A stretch of DNA of 64,000 nt from Methanocaldococcus sp. 16A (GTDB lineage Archaea; AGJL01; Methanococci; Methanococcales; Methanocaldococcaceae), in assembly GCA_049860595.1 (NCBI GenBank), contig CP187551.1, one strand, 5' to 3'. The position numbers were made by a program, and so were the translations under genes. Positions 49,013-61,481 of this stretch are shown one piece after another (the stretch's first letter is position 1; each line of letters opens with the position of its first letter). The notes beneath the pieces are model-generated. The model searched no databases. It worked only from the letters and a program-made list of their open reading frames with translations, and was not told the DNA's origin.

Positions 49013-50143
49013 TTATTTTTTTAATAATTCTTCAACATATTTTTTGAATCCTTCAACTTCCTTCAAAACATCTTCAACAAGCTCATAAGGTTTATTAGCT
49101 TCAATTGCTTTATTTTTTACATCTTTTAAGGTTATAGACATACTATTTAGCTTCCCTAAAATTTCAAGGCATTTTCTATACTCTATTCCTCCTAACTGTA
49201 TTCTATCTTTATTAATTTTCTTTATCTCATTCATTAAGCTGTCTAAAATTTCTCTCTGCTCCAAAGCAAAGCCAGCAAAGTGATTAGATAATTTAAAAAT
49301 TTCAACTGAAACTTTAAAGAATTCATCCGGCTCATTCCAGTAAATATGCCTTAAAATGTCTAAATCATTCTCATCTGCTTTTTCTTTTTCGTTTAGGTAG
49401 GAGAAGCATTTAACTGCCTTAACTGACTTTTTAAACCTTCTATCAGAGATTTTTATTCCTTCACTCTCCAATGATAATTTTATTTTAATCAAATCTTCTT
49501 TTATATTTGAGATATCAACTTTTGAAGCTTCTTTTTGCATTTCTCTAATATCTTCAACATCAATAACAGTTTTTGGCTTATATTCATCTTCTAAATCAAT
49601 CAGCTTTGATAGGTTTTCATAGCTTCTAATACCTCTAACCACTTTTCTAAACAAAAATCTATCATAAAAAGCTAACAGCTCATTTTCTTCTGGGAGTTCA
49701 TTTGAAGCTCCGAAGAGGCTAATTAAAGGCACTTTCTCTATCCTATCCCCATTGTGATATATCCTTTCATTAATTATTGAAAGTAGAGCGTTTAATATGG
49801 AGCTGTTAGCTTTAAAAACCTCATCTAAGAATGCTATCTCTGCTGTTGGCAGATAACCAGAAGTTTTTCTAACAAACCTATCATTGTCTTTCAACTCTTT
49901 AATACTTAAAGGTCCGAATAACTCATCTTCGGTTGTAAATCTTGTTATGAGCTTTTCGAAATAATTGGCATTAATATGTGAGGCAATAGCCCGAATTAAT
50001 TGTGATTTAGCAACTCCAGGATTTCCTAAAAAAACTGTATGTTCATTAGCCAAAATTGAAGTTAATGCAATATCTATTTCTTCCCTCCTCTCTAAAAAAT
50101 AAGTGTTTAGCTCCTCTCTTATTTTTTCAAGCATATTTTCCAC
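49013..50143 (-). CDS. MoxR/RavA-family AAA+ ATPase
   Basis: GNPGVAKS, FLDEVFKANSSILNALL, ASNELP and YDRF motifs. Confidence 0.92.
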   Translation of the reverse strand: MENMLEKIREELNTYFLERREEIDIALTSILANEHTVFLGNPGVAKSQLIRAIASHINANYFEKLITRFTTEDELFGPLSIKELKDNDRFVRKTSGYLPTAEIAFLDEVFKANSSILNALLSIINERIYHNGDRIEKVPLISLFGASNELPEENELLAFYDRFLFRKVVRGIRSYENLSKLIDLEDEYKPKTVIDVEDIREMQKEASKVDISNIKEDLIKIKLSLESEGIKISDRRFKKSVKAVKCFSYLNEKEKADENDLDILRHIYWNEPDEFFKVSVEIFKLSNHFAGFALEQREILDSLMNEIKKINKDRIQLGGIEYRKCLEILGKLNSMSITLKDVKNKAIEANKPYELVEDVLKEVEGFKKYVEELLKK

Positions 50144-50905
50144 CTAAATTTTATATTTATTTAAATAACCTCTTGGAGTTATCATCTTGTCGTTTATAAT
50201 TTTTGTTGAAGAATTCCCAATGATTAATATTGTATTCATATCTATAAACTCCAAGTATTTTTCTAAGTTATTATAAAGCTCCTTAAAGTTTGTAATTAAA
50301 ACTTCTTCTTTATCTCTTCCGGCATTTTTAACTATTCCAATAACGTAATCTTTATCTTTTGCAAAATCGTTTAGTATTTCTATAGCTTTTAAAAATGGCT
50401 CCTTTCTCTTTTTACTTAATGGATTGTATATGCAGATAACAAAATCTCCTTCTAACGCAAATCTAAATCTTTTTAATATTAAATCCAGAGGTGTTAATAA
50501 ATCACTAAAGCTTATGACAACAAAGTCATGATTTAATGGACTTCCTAAGATTGCAGAAGCTAATGAAGCAGCTGTTATCCCTGGAATAACTTTTATATCT
50601 ACATTGTATCCTTTAGCTTCGTTTATCTCATAAGCTAAAGAAGCTAAGCCATAAATTGTTGCATCACCACTTGAGACTAAAGCAACATCTTTATCTTTTG
50701 CCTCTTTTAAAGCATAATCAACTCTATCAATCTCTTTTGTCATACCTGTTGTATATATTGGCTTATTAAATCTCTCAACAAACTTTTTGTAGTTTTTATA
50801 ACATACAATTAAATCTACGTTATTTAATATCTCTTCTGCTTCTTTTGTAAAATGCCTTTCACTGCCACTACCTATACCTACAACAAATAGCATATTTTCA
50901 ACCAT
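50144..50905 (-). CDS. cbiH: Cobalt-precorrin-3 C17-methyltransferase
   Basis: VVGIGSG, SSGDATIYG, SDLLTP, YNP and TPRGY motifs. Confidence 0.92.
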   Translation of the reverse strand: MVENMLFVVGIGSGSERHFTKEAEEILNNVDLIVCYKNYKKFVERFNKPIYTTGMTKEIDRVDYALKEAKDKDVALVSSGDATIYGLASLAYEINEAKGYNVDIKVIPGITAASLASAILGSPLNHDFVVISFSDLLTPLDLILKRFRFALEGDFVICIYNPLSKKRKEPFLKAIEILNDFAKDKDYVIGIVKNAGRDKEEVLITNFKELYNNLEKYLEFIDMNTILIIGNSSTKIINDKMITPRGYLNKYKI

Positions 50906-50930
50906 TAAAAAATAATTTAATTAAATTTAA

Positions 50931-51959
<1,029 letters not shown>

Positions 51960-52835
51960 TTATTTATTTACAGTAAATTTCTCTCCCTTTACTTTAAATT
52001 TTAGTTCTTCATTGTTTGCATTTTTTATTAACAACTCTGCTAAACTTGGATTTGTTTTTAGCCCATAAACTGTTGTTGTAATTCTTGGGTTTATCTCTAT
52101 AATGTATATATCTTCATTTACTATAACATCAACTCCAACATATCCATTTAATCCATCTATACATTTAACTGCTTTAATAACTTCATTGAAAATTTTATCT
52201 TTTAATTTATGCTCAATATCTACTTCAGCTCCAACGAAGCCTCTCTCATCAATATACTGCCTATTTAAAGATAACGGATATATCTTTTTACCAACAATCA
52301 AAGAGACAGATAGATTTTCTCCTTCAATAAATTCTTGAATAATATAATTCTCATCAAATAAATTAAATTTTCCTCCACAGCTGTCTATCCTCTTAATTAC
52401 ATATTTCTTTGGAGGTAATGTTTTTGGCGTTCTTACAGCATTTTTTATTGCTAAGTAAGTTAAATATTTGTTTCCAGCAATAAATATTGCTTCTGAATTA
52501 CTACCTAAATTTTTTACTGGATATTTTTCTATAATTTTTGTTAAATTGTATAAAATGTTTTCATCCTCTGGGGCTATGGTTAGTGCATAATCCATTTTTT
52601 TATTTTTTAAGATGCAGTTTAATTTTTCTTCAATTTCTTTTTCATCTTCAATCTCAATTATTTTAAGGTTTTTAAAATCTTTATATTCATTAGCAAAATC
52701 TTTATAAATTAAAGATACCACATTATTAATCTCCAAGAATTGTTTTAATAAGGTATCAAACATCATTTTTCCTTCTTTTAAAATTCCCTCATCTTCAAAA
52801 CCAGAAGCAATGGCATATTCGAAAAATAGAATCAC
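51960..52835 (-). CDS. mfnD: Tyramine--L-glutamate ligase (methanofuran biosynthesis, ATP-grasp)
   Basis: FFEYA, EG.MM, IAPE, GYVGVD and EINPRITT motifs. Confidence 0.8.
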   Translation of the reverse strand: MILFFEYAIASGFEDEGILKEGKMMFDTLLKQFLEINNVVSLIYKDFANEYKDFKNLKIIEIEDEKEIEEKLNCILKNKKMDYALTIAPEDENILYNLTKIIEKYPVKNLGSNSEAIFIAGNKYLTYLAIKNAVRTPKTLPPKKYVIKRIDSCGGKFNLFDENYIIQEFIEGENLSVSLIVGKKIYPLSLNRQYIDERGFVGAEVDIEHKLKDKIFNEVIKAVKCIDGLNGYVGVDVIVNEDIYIIEINPRITTTVYGLKTNPSLAELLIKNANNEELKFKVKGEKFTVNK

Positions 52836-52850
52836 AATACCACCTAAAAA

Positions 52851-53750
52851 TTATTTTAATTTCAATATATTTATAAGTTCTTCAGATGCATCTGTTGGCT
52901 CTTTAAATCCCATATAAACCTCTTTAACAATTTTTTTTATAAATTTCTCTTTATTTTTCTCAATTTTAGAGCTTTGAATGCATAAAGGGCAGTAATTTAA
53001 ATAATTTTCATCCTTTTTAATTTTTATTGGAAAGAGTTCAAAAAAGTTTATAATTATTCCATTGTCATATTTAAAAACTTCACAATTTAAACAGCTTGTA
53101 AATATGTATCCCTCTAAATCTTCTATAATTTTATCTTTTAAAAATCCGCAAGGGAATGAATTTATAATATTTTTTATTTCATCTTTTTTTAAGTTTAATT
53201 TTAAAAATTCATGCTCTATATTCTTCTTATTTAAAAAATCTAAAATCTTTTCTTTAGTTTTTTGTGGAACTAATGCTGGAAAGTCATAAGTTATTGCTTT
53301 GATGTTAAAAATGTTTGATAAGATATCTAAAGCATATAAATCATATTGACAATGGATTAAACAAATAACATCTTTTTTCTCTTTAGGAATTTCTTTGTAT
53401 AAAAAATAGTTACAGATATCTTGAAAAATGCCATCTTCAAATAGAGATTTAATTGCTTTTATTCTCTCCTCAAATAAAACTTTGTCAGTATAATCTTCAA
53501 CTCTTATAATTTCAAATCTATCTTTCATCTCTTCCCTTAATTTTCCAACGACCCAACCTCCAGGCCCTATAATTGTAGATTTATCACTTCTGTTTTTTGT
53601 GTAAATGGTTAATAGTTTTCCATCTACTTCAATATCTACTATATCAAATAATGCTTTATTTAGCCCTAAACTTTCTCTAATTCTTGAAACACTCTCCTTA
53701 ATCTCATTAATTAGCTGTATTTTTGACTGCAATGATTGTTTGCCCTCCAT
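52851..53750 (-). CDS. KH-like domain plus degenerate PP-loop-like protein
   Basis: [22 protein letters not shown] and YCPL motifs. Confidence 0.6.
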   Translation of the reverse strand: MEGKQSLQSKIQLINEIKESVSRIRESLGLNKALFDIVDIEVDGKLLTIYTKNRSDKSTIIGPGGWVVGKLREEMKDRFEIIRVEDYTDKVLFEERIKAIKSLFEDGIFQDICNYFLYKEIPKEKKDVICLIHCQYDLYALDILSNIFNIKAITYDFPALVPQKTKEKILDFLNKKNIEHEFLKLNLKKDEIKNIINSFPCGFLKDKIIEDLEGYIFTSCLNCEVFKYDNGIIINFFELFPIKIKKDENYLNYCPLCIQSSKIEKNKEKFIKKIVKEVYMGFKEPTDASEELINILKLK

Positions 53751-54327
53751 AGACCTTCTCTCCTACTTTAACTGTTATATTGTAATTAGATGGGATTATA
53801 ACTGCTGTTTGTGAGCCTAATTTTATTTTTCCAATTCTTTGTCCTATTTCAACGTAATCTCCTTCTTTTATACTTAACCAGCATCTTCTTGCAACAAAAC
53901 CAGCTATTTGAACAACTCCAATATAGTCAGAACCATTTTTTATTATTGCTATATTTCTCTCATTTATTTTTTCTACATCCTTTAAAAATGCTGGATAAAA
54001 ACTACCATCAATATGCTTTATATATATAACTTTCCCACTTATAGGCGCTCTATTAACATGTACATCAAATGGAGACATGAATATGCCAACAACATAACAC
54101 CCATTAGGGAAGTATTTTGAAACATTTAAAACATAACAATTTCCATCTTTAAAAACTTCTGCTTTTCCATTTTTGTAGAATTTTATATACTCTACTGTTC
54201 CATCTGCGGGAGATAATATAATGTTATTTCCTTTTGTTATCTCTCTATCTGGGTCCCTATAAAAATAAACAGTAAATAACAGTAATGAACAAACAGCTAT
54301 AGCGAAAAATTTTTTATATTTTCCCAT
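53707..54327 (-). CDS. asd: Archaetidylserine (phosphatidylserine) decarboxylase proenzyme
   Basis: [23 protein letters not shown] and LGS cleavage site. Confidence 0.9.
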   Translation of the reverse strand: MGKYKKFFAIAVCSLLLFTVYFYRDPDREITKGNNIILSPADGTVEYIKFYKNGKAEVFKDGNCYVLNVSKYFPNGCYVVGIFMSPFDVHVNRAPISGKVIYIKHIDGSFYPAFLKDVEKINERNIAIIKNGSDYIGVVQIAGFVARRCWLSIKEGDYVEIGQRIGKIKLGSQTAVIIPSNYNITVKVGEKVYGGQTIIAVKNTAN

Positions 54328-54329
54328 AA

Positions 54330-54950
54330 TTACTCACCATGTTTATTGCACCATTTACATATTTCATACCCAAGAGTTTTTGCATCTTCCTCAGAATAAA
54401 AGTATATTATATTTTCTTCTTTTAATCTTTTTCCATAGGGGCAGTTTTTTGATATGTGGTATTTTTTACCATATTTTGAGGCATATATATTAGTTGGTGT
54501 TGGAGATAAATAGATATCTCTCTCAAAATTTTTCTTTTCTATTAACTTAAAATCATTTATATTGTTTAAGATTATTTCATATTTCCCTTGATAAATTGAA
54601 ACTTTTCCTTTAACCTCAACATAGTCTCCTTCTTTAATCATCGGGCTATAGCTTAATATATAGTTTAAAAGCTCTTCCCTTGTTTTTCCAAAAGCAACAA
54701 CATCTAAATTCCCAGTGCCATCATTTATAACAATTCTTGAAATGTTAATAACATGCCTGTATTTATCTCTTTTAATATACATATCTTGTATATATCCTTT
54801 TATAACAACATAATCTCCTTCTTTTATCTCAGCTATATGTTTTTCTTTTGGTTGGATTGGATTTAAAAATAGCCAGGTAGTGGAGATAATTATAAAACAA
54901 GTTAAAGAAAACAGTATGATATTTTTCTCAGTTAATTTCATTTTAAACAC
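54330..54950 (-). CDS. Membrane-anchored OB-fold protein with Ada-like metal-binding tail
   Basis: N-terminal TM; INDGTG and GDYVEVKG motifs; KKYH...CP and CKWC. Confidence 0.75.
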   Translation of the reverse strand: MFKMKLTEKNIILFSLTCFIIISTTWLFLNPIQPKEKHIAEIKEGDYVVIKGYIQDMYIKRDKYRHVINISRIVINDGTGNLDVVAFGKTREELLNYILSYSPMIKEGDYVEVKGKVSIYQGKYEIILNNINDFKLIEKKNFERDIYLSPTPTNIYASKYGKKYHISKNCPYGKRLKEENIIYFYSEEDAKTLGYEICKWCNKHGE

Positions 54951-54979
54951 CTAACTATCTTTATAAAACTCTCTTTATA

Positions 54980-55119
54980 GCATTTATTGTTAATTACCTC
55001 ATTAATTAATGATGTCTTCCCACTGTTTATAGGGCCATATATAAAATAAATAAAATTTGGCTTCCCATCTATAATGGATAGAATTTTTTTATCTCATTTT
55101 CTCTTTTGAAGAATTTCAT
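54980..55119 (-). pseudogene. Truncated, frameshifted archaeal ATPase (Methanocaldococcus-expanded family) relic
   Basis: MKFFKRENEIKK, a frameshift, then SIIDGKPNFIYFIYGPINSGKTSLINEVINN; GGTGA RBS. Confidence 0.8.
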
Positions 55120-55217
55120 TTTTTCACCAACAAAAATATAAATTAAGAAGTATTTTATTAATTTAAATACATAAATTAAGATGCCTAAAAAATAAAAAGA
55201 AAAAAGATTTAGAGAAT

Positions 55218-56921
55218 TTAGAGCATTTTAATTAACTCTAAAGCAGCTTCTCTTGTCTTCTCTCTGTCTCCTCCTGCAACTACAACGACATCGTGTCCGT
55301 TTGCTTCTCCTGGTAAGACAGCGATTGTTGCAGGGCTTGTGTTATCTAATGATAACTTACCAGCATCGACTAACTCTTTTGTTAATTTGTTTGCAACTGG
55401 TCCTCCAACTAAGACTAAGTTCTTGTCTGCTGTGTTTAAGCTAACTTCTGTGTCTAACTTAGCGATTGGTGCTGTTAATGTGCATGGTTCAACTGCATCT
55501 GCTTTAATACCTTTTAATTTTATGTCTGTGTTTAATACAGATGTCTCTTCTCCAACGTTTAATGTTGCATCTTTTGATACATCCATTAGATACTCTGCAT
55601 ATAATGCTGGAGCGTTATCATCATCCGTGAATTTTAAACATGCATAGTCATTTACGAAAGCAACTTCGCTTCCATCTTTTAAGGAATCTAATTTGTCACC
55701 AGTATATTTTAATGCAAGACCATATATTGCATTTCCATTACTGTCGCTTAATGGTTTTTCTTTTGCACCTGCTGGAACAGCACCTTCTGATAAATCATTG
55801 TCTGTTAGAGCTAATCCATTTCCTGCTGCATTTTTAGTTATTCCATATATTTTCCAATCTTTTACGAATTCTTTACCTAATTCATAGCCTTTTACATCTT
55901 TTGTGATTATCAATGATGCATATCCATAGTTTCCTCCAACATCTTGGAATGCATCATATACAATTACTCCTATATCTCCATATCTTAATTCAAATGGAGC
56001 CTGATCACTTTTGGATGCGACTTCTTTTCCATCTTTTAATATTGCAACATCTACTTGTGCAGTTCCTCCCCCAATTGGTATTAAAACACTCTTAACTTTT
56101 ACAGCATATCCATTTCCTAAATCATATGTTGTACCTTCTTTTATATTTCCTGAATATACCTTCTTACCTAAATAGATAATATTATCGTTAGTATCTACAA
56201 TTGTATATTTTTCTCCTAATAACGGAATTTCCATACCGATGAATAATTGCTGTAAGTTATTTAAGTCGGTTTTACCATCTTTAAATGCTAATGTTCCATA
56301 TACTAAATCCCCTGTATTTACTTCATAGTCATCATTTCCTATTTTTTTAACTGATGCTAATAAGAATTCTGCTGCATCTGCTGAAGTTTCACTGCTGACA
56401 TCATCTGGGTCTATGTCTTTATCTCTTACTAATGTTGGTAATCTTGATAATTGTTGGACTAAAGGATCCCCGTCACCATTTGCATCAGTTGCAGCATCAT
56501 CAACAAGTCCATCTAATATTGCAGTTGTTCCCAAGTTTGTTGTATAGTCTCTTTTTGGAGTTGTGAATATTAAAAACTGATCATTAGCATCATATAACGC
56601 ATTAATATCATTTGTTAAATCAGTTTCAGAAGCTACATGGACATATAAATCAGCACTACCATCTTCAACTTTTCCTTCTTTATAACACAATGAACCTATC
56701 TTAGCAGCAATGTCAGCTGCTGAAACGACATCCATTGTTGATGGAGCATTAGCTCCAACAACAACGTAACAGTTTGGTTGACCATCTTTAACTAATATAT
56801 CTTTTAATGCGCCAGTGTCTCCTAATTTTACAACTTCAGCAGAAATTCCACTAGCTAAAGCTGTAGCAACCATTGTTCCTCCAACTGCAATAGCACCGAT
56901 TTTCTTTAAGCTCATTGCCAT
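55218..56921 (-). CDS. sla: S-layer protein
   Basis: MAMSLKKIGAIAVG signal peptide; DVVSAADIAA; LVGGPVAN and VAGGDR..T motifs. Confidence 0.95.
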   Translation of the reverse strand: MAMSLKKIGAIAVGGTMVATALASGISAEVVKLGDTGALKDILVKDGQPNCYVVVGANAPSTMDVVSAADIAAKIGSLCYKEGKVEDGSADLYVHVASETDLTNDINALYDANDQFLIFTTPKRDYTTNLGTTAILDGLVDDAATDANGDGDPLVQQLSRLPTLVRDKDIDPDDVSSETSADAAEFLLASVKKIGNDDYEVNTGDLVYGTLAFKDGKTDLNNLQQLFIGMEIPLLGEKYTIVDTNDNIIYLGKKVYSGNIKEGTTYDLGNGYAVKVKSVLIPIGGGTAQVDVAILKDGKEVASKSDQAPFELRYGDIGVIVYDAFQDVGGNYGYASLIITKDVKGYELGKEFVKDWKIYGITKNAAGNGLALTDNDLSEGAVPAGAKEKPLSDSNGNAIYGLALKYTGDKLDSLKDGSEVAFVNDYACLKFTDDDNAPALYAEYLMDVSKDATLNVGEETSVLNTDIKLKGIKADAVEPCTLTAPIAKLDTEVSLNTADKNLVLVGGPVANKLTKELVDAGKLSLDNTSPATIAVLPGEANGHDVVVVAGGDREKTREAALELIKML

Positions 56922-57235
56922 ACTTTATCACCTAAGTTTTATATATTACTCTTTTATTATTCTTATTTGATTGACGGTATATACCTTCGACAAACTACTA
57001 TATAAATCTTACGATATGAAACGGTTGTAACGATAGTTTCATAGCCAAAAATTTAGTTTATCTTTTGATATTTCATATTTACCATATAATTTCTGTTAAA
57101 TTATTAAATAAAAAAGTTACAAACATTTACAACTTTTTTAAATAGATAAAAATTAATTTCAATAAATTTAAATATTTGATAGATAGTAATATAAATCTTG
57201 CAGGAGATAATTTTAAAAATTATAAAAAATAACCT

Positions 57236-58018
57236 GTGATAAAAATGAAGATGGCAATAACTGGAAAAGGTGGTGTAGGAAAAACTTTTATTGCTTCTAC
57301 CTTAATGAGATTGTTTGAAAAAAATGGTTTTAAAGTTATTGGAGTTGATTGCGACCCAAATCCTACATTAGCATTGGCTTTTGGGATTGAGGAAGAAATT
57401 ATTCCTTTATCTAAGAGGCATGATATAATAGAAGAAAGAACAGGAGCTAAACCCGGAAGTTATGGAAATATTTTTAAGATAAATCCCAAAGTTGATGATT
57501 TGATTGATAAAGTTGGTTATAAAATAGGAAACATTACTCTGTTAGTTATGGGGACTATAGAAGAAGGAGGAGAAGGATGTGTTTGCCCTGCTTCTGTTTT
57601 ATTAAGAAGGTTATTGAGACATTTAATTTTAAAGAGGGATGAAATAGTTATCTTAGATATGGAAGCAGGAATTGAACACTTTGGAAGAAAAACAATAGAT
57701 ACTGTTGATTTAATGCTTATTGTTATAGAGCCTACAAAAAAATCATTAATAACTGCAAAAAGAATGAAAAAGCTTGCTAAAGATTTAGGCATAAAAAATT
57801 TAGGAGTTATCGTTAATAAAGTAAGGGATGAAAATAAAGAATTATTAAAAGATATCATTGAAAAAGAACTTGGTTTAGAGGTTTTAGGATTTGTTCCTTA
57901 TGATGATGAGGTTATAAAAAGTGATTTTATAGGAAAACCTATTAATTTAGATTCAAAAGCCGTAAAAGAAATAGAGAGGGTATTTAACTACATTTTAAAA
58001 CTAAAAAATACTACTTAA
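57236..58018 (+). CDS. cooC: CooC-type nickel-insertion ATPase
   Basis: GKGGVGKT, DCDP, GCVCP and DMEAGIEHFGR motifs. Confidence 0.9.
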   Translation: MIKMKMAITGKGGVGKTFIASTLMRLFEKNGFKVIGVDCDPNPTLALAFGIEEEIIPLSKRHDIIEERTGAKPGSYGNIFKINPKVDDLIDKVGYKIGNITLLVMGTIEEGGEGCVCPASVLLRRLLRHLILKRDEIVILDMEAGIEHFGRKTIDTVDLMLIVIEPTKKSLITAKRMKKLAKDLGIKNLGVIVNKVRDENKELLKDIIEKELGLEVLGFVPYDDEVIKSDFIGKPINLDSKAVKEIERVFNYILKLKNTT

Positions 58019-58907
58019 TTTTGAAATATGGCTCTCTTCTATTAATACATTCAATAAAATATGGCTCTAAATTTTCTCCTCTCCTTAGTGGAGTTAAAAT
58101 ATCAACCAAGTTATCATCTCTCAGTAAACATGGCTTTAAATAGCCATCATAGGTTAATCTTATCCTTGTGCAGTGCATACAAAACTCACTATTATCCATA
58201 GGTCTTACAAACTCTATCTCTAAGTTATCAACAATATATTTTTTCCTATTTTGCATGAATTTTCTTGTTATAACTTTGTCAGCTTTTTCTTTAATCTCAT
58301 TTTCTATTGCGGAAATGTCATAGTAATACCTTCTTAAATTTTCATTTAAAGGAATAAATTCAATAATTTGTAAAATAGCCCCAATATCTCTACAAAATTT
58401 CATAATCTCAGATAAGTCTTTAATATTAATACTCATTGCTAAGAAATTAACCTTTAAAGGAGTTAATCCTACATCTATTGCTCTCTTTATCCCATTTATT
58501 ACTCTATTTACATCTCCAACCTTTGTAATTTTTTTATACAACGCTGGATTTAAGGTATCTAAGCTCACATTAACTCTATCCAATCCTGCATCTTTAAGTT
58601 TATCAGCTAAATTTTCTAAAAAAATTCCATTAGTTGTTAAAGAAATATCTTTTATTCTTTCATCTCTAATATTTTTAATGATTTCACAAATATCTTTCCT
58701 TAATAATGGCTCACCGCCAGAGATTTTTATCTTTCTAACTCCAAATTTTATTGAAGTTTTTGCTATAATTCCAATTTCTTCAGCAGTCATGTATCTGTTA
58801 TTATTTAAACTATGTCCTTCTTTATGGCAATAAAAGCACTGTAAATTGCATTTATTTGTTACAGAAATTCTAAAAGACCTAATATCTCTACCAAATCTAT
58901 CTCTCAT
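58011..58907 (-). CDS. moaA: GTP 3',8-cyclase
   Basis: DRFGR, CNLQCFYCH and FCMHCTRIRLTYDG.LKPCL motifs. Confidence 0.95.
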   Translation of the reverse strand: MRDRFGRDIRSFRISVTNKCNLQCFYCHKEGHSLNNNRYMTAEEIGIIAKTSIKFGVRKIKISGGEPLLRKDICEIIKNIRDERIKDISLTTNGIFLENLADKLKDAGLDRVNVSLDTLNPALYKKITKVGDVNRVINGIKRAIDVGLTPLKVNFLAMSINIKDLSEIMKFCRDIGAILQIIEFIPLNENLRRYYYDISAIENEIKEKADKVITRKFMQNRKKYIVDNLEIEFVRPMDNSEFCMHCTRIRLTYDGYLKPCLLRDDNLVDILTPLRRGENLEPYFIECINRREPYFKIK

Positions 58908-59024
58908 AGTTATCCACTACTAAAAATTTAGAGAATTTAAAAAAAGATATTGGAGATTAATTATAAAAAAGCTACGTAATGTTTTTAAATTAATTAGAAT
59001 ATATAAATTTATTCATTATTTTCT

Positions 59025-59717
59025 TCAGTTTTTTCTTCTTTCTCTTTTTTTTCTTTCGAATGTTTCAACAAAGTTAATCTTTTCAACATCATCTAATCTT
59101 TTCAATATTTCGTTAGCAATAGCCATCTTAGCTGTTTGGATGTTTGGAATGAATGGAGCAAATTCTGGCAATTCTATTTTAACTGTTCCATTTCTTATTG
59201 TTACTTTTACATCACTTAATCTTGGAACATATATCTTTATAATTTCTTTTACCATGTCTTTTTTATCTTCAACAACTTCTTCAATTTTTATTCTGTATTT
59301 TACTTCCTTTCCAGCTAATTCATGGTTAAAATCAACTAAAACTCTTCCACTGTTTATGCTAACAATTTTTCCTGGCATTCCGTCAATTGTTATAGGTAAT
59401 CCTTTTATTGGCTTAATTCCTCTTTTTTTAAATTCTGATAATGGGACTAATTTTATTTTTGATGGGTCTCTCTTACCAAATGCCCTTTCTGGAGGTAAAA
59501 CAACTACTCTCTCTTCACCAACATCCATCTCTAATATAACCTCATCCAATCCTGGTAACACTTGCCCTTCTCCAGCAAAAATAGCAACAGGACCATAAAC
59601 TATTGCAGGATTATAAATACCTTCTTTTTTAGCTAATTCTTCATTAGTTGTGTCAAAGAGTTTTCCATCAACGTATCCATCATAGCTAATTTTTACCATT
59701 TTTCCTTTTTCTACCAT
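59025..59717 (-). CDS. Long-type FKBP peptidyl-prolyl isomerase
   Basis: FDTT, GLDE, AFG and DFNHELAGK motifs; start set at MVEKG. Confidence 0.92.
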   Translation of the reverse strand: MVEKGKMVKISYDGYVDGKLFDTTNEELAKKEGIYNPAIVYGPVAIFAGEGQVLPGLDEVILEMDVGEERVVVLPPERAFGKRDPSKIKLVPLSEFKKRGIKPIKGLPITIDGMPGKIVSINSGRVLVDFNHELAGKEVKYRIKIEEVVEDKKDMVKEIIKIYVPRLSDVKVTIRNGTVKIELPEFAPFIPNIQTAKMAIANEILKRLDDVEKINFVETFERKKRERRKN

Positions 59718-59862
59718 ATCTTCCACCTCTATTAATTTAGCCAAAGTTCAATGATTTGATGAGTTTAAAATGTTTTCATAATTTTTAATATAAACACTAT
59801 ATAAATATAACTGACAAAGAACAAAAAAGTTTAAATATTACAATAAATTATAATTAATTAAA

Positions 59863-59961
59863 TAATGCCTTCGCAATTTATATTATTTTGCTAATGAAAA
59901 AATGATGCTAAAGTCATCAAATATTCCTTCATTAATATTTATACCTGCGAAAGACCTATTA
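59863..59961. repeat. Palindromic intergenic repeat, family B copy 2 (inverted relative to copy 1)
   Basis: Reverse complement TAATAGGTCTTTCGCAGG..TTTGATGACTTTAGCATC..AAATTGCGAAGGC aligns with 10177-10272. Confidence 0.8.
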
Positions 59962-59992
59962 AGAAACTGAGAGAATGGTAAATGGGATGTAA

Positions 59993-60409
59993 ATGGATAT
60001 TGGCTATATATTTATATTGGTAGGGTTTTTATTAATGGCATTAGAAACTGTAATTCCTGGGTTGTATTTTCCTGCTTTAGGAATAGCTCTATTAATATAT
60101 GGAATAGTTTTATTGATAATTCCACAATATGCATTTATTTCTGCAATAATTGCAGGAGTTCTAACTTTAATAATATTACACAAATTTGTCTATGGCGTAG
60201 GAAAAGAAATAAAAGTTGGAGCTGAACGATTTATAGGAAAGATTGGAGTAGCAATTGAAGATTTTGAAGAAAATGGCTATGGGAGGGTTGAGATAGAAAA
60301 TCAAGTATGGTTGGCAAAGTCCAAAGATAAAATAAAAAATGGGGATAAAGTTGAAATTGTGGGGGTTGAGGGGGTTTCATTAATAGTTAAAAAGTTTGAA
60401 GGTGAATAA
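59993..60409 (+). CDS. NfeD-family membrane protein
   Basis: TM helices plus C-terminal OB fold (GRVEI..W.A). Confidence 0.9.
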   Translation: MDIGYIFILVGFLLMALETVIPGLYFPALGIALLIYGIVLLIIPQYAFISAIIAGVLTLIILHKFVYGVGKEIKVGAERFIGKIGVAIEDFEENGYGRVEIENQVWLAKSKDKIKNGDKVEIVGVEGVSLIVKKFEGE

Positions 60410-61226
60410 TATGTTTTTCTTTTGGTTAATATTGGGAATTATAGCATTGTTTATAATTGTTAAAGCAATAGTTATTGTCAATCAGTATGAAGGAGGTTTA
60501 ATATTTAGATTGGGAAGAGTCATTGGAAAACTAAAACCCGGAATAAATATAATTATTCCATTTTTAGATGTGCCTGTTAAGGTTGATTTGAGGACAAGAG
60601 TTACTGATATCCCTCCTCAAGAAATGATTACAAAGGATAATGCAGTAGTAAAAGTGGATGCAGTTGTTTATTATAAGGTTGTAGATGTAGAGAGAGCAAT
60701 ATTAGAAGTTGAAAATTATGAATATGCAATAATAAATTTAGCACAAACAACATTAAGGGCAATAATTGGAAGTATGGAATTAGATGAAGTCTTAAATAAA
60801 AGAGAGTATATAAATTCAAAACTATTGGAAATTTTGGATAGAGAGACAGATGCTTGGGGAGTTAGAATTGAAAAAGTTGAAGTTAAAGAAATAGACCCAC
60901 CAGAGGATATTAAAAATGCAATGGCCCAACAGATGAAAGCAGAGAGGTTGAAAAGAGCTGCTATATTAGAGGCAGAGGGAGAGAAGCAGAGTAGGATTTT
61001 ACGGGCAGAGGGAATTGCTGAGAGTTTGAGAATTGAGGCAGAAGGGCAAGCTAAAGCAATACAAATAGTTGCTGAGGCAGCAAGACAATACTTTAAAGAT
61101 GAAGCTCAATTGTATAAGGCTTTAGAAGTGGCTAATAATGTTTTAAAAGATAATGCAAAATATGTTATCTCAGAAAATGTATTAGATGTTGTTAGAAACT
61201 TTATTAAAAAGAATAAATCAGCTTAG
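60396..61226 (+). CDS. SPFH/stomatin-family protein
   Basis: [19 protein letters not shown] and QMKAER motifs. Confidence 0.95.
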   Translation: MKVNNMFFFWLILGIIALFIIVKAIVIVNQYEGGLIFRLGRVIGKLKPGINIIIPFLDVPVKVDLRTRVTDIPPQEMITKDNAVVKVDAVVYYKVVDVERAILEVENYEYAIINLAQTTLRAIIGSMELDEVLNKREYINSKLLEILDRETDAWGVRIEKVEVKEIDPPEDIKNAMAQQMKAERLKRAAILEAEGEKQSRILRAEGIAESLRIEAEGQAKAIQIVAEAARQYFKDEAQLYKALEVANNVLKDNAKYVISENVLDVVRNFIKKNKSA

Positions 61227-61271
61227 CAAAATTATATATAAATCTTTTTTTATAATATTTTACGCTCATAC

Positions 61272-61376
61272 TTATAGTTTTGTGCAAAATAAATAAAACT
61301 TTATAAGGAAAATTTGAATGTCTTCTAAAAGGAAGACATCCATTAATGCCTTATTTATTATAAATCAAAACTATAA
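61272..61376. repeat. Palindromic intergenic repeat, family A copy 3 (right end eroded)
   Basis: TTATAGTTTTGTGCAAAA..GAATGTCTTCTAAAAGGAAGACATC..CAAAACTATAA. Confidence 0.85.
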
Positions 61377-61481
61377 TGTCTCATTTTTATAAATCATTAA
61401 TAAAATAAGCAATAAAAACACAATAGCTGCTTTTACGATTTTAAAAATTGGTTATAAAACAAAATTTAAAAATAAAGGTTT

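Noticed and set aside
47667-50143. MoxR AAA+ and vWA pair as a novel defence system
   Set aside because: Matches the known RavA/ViaA-type pair with no accessory effector genes.
57236-58018. ParA/MinD partition ATPase call
   Set aside because: GCVCP and DMEAGIEH motifs identify it as CooC.
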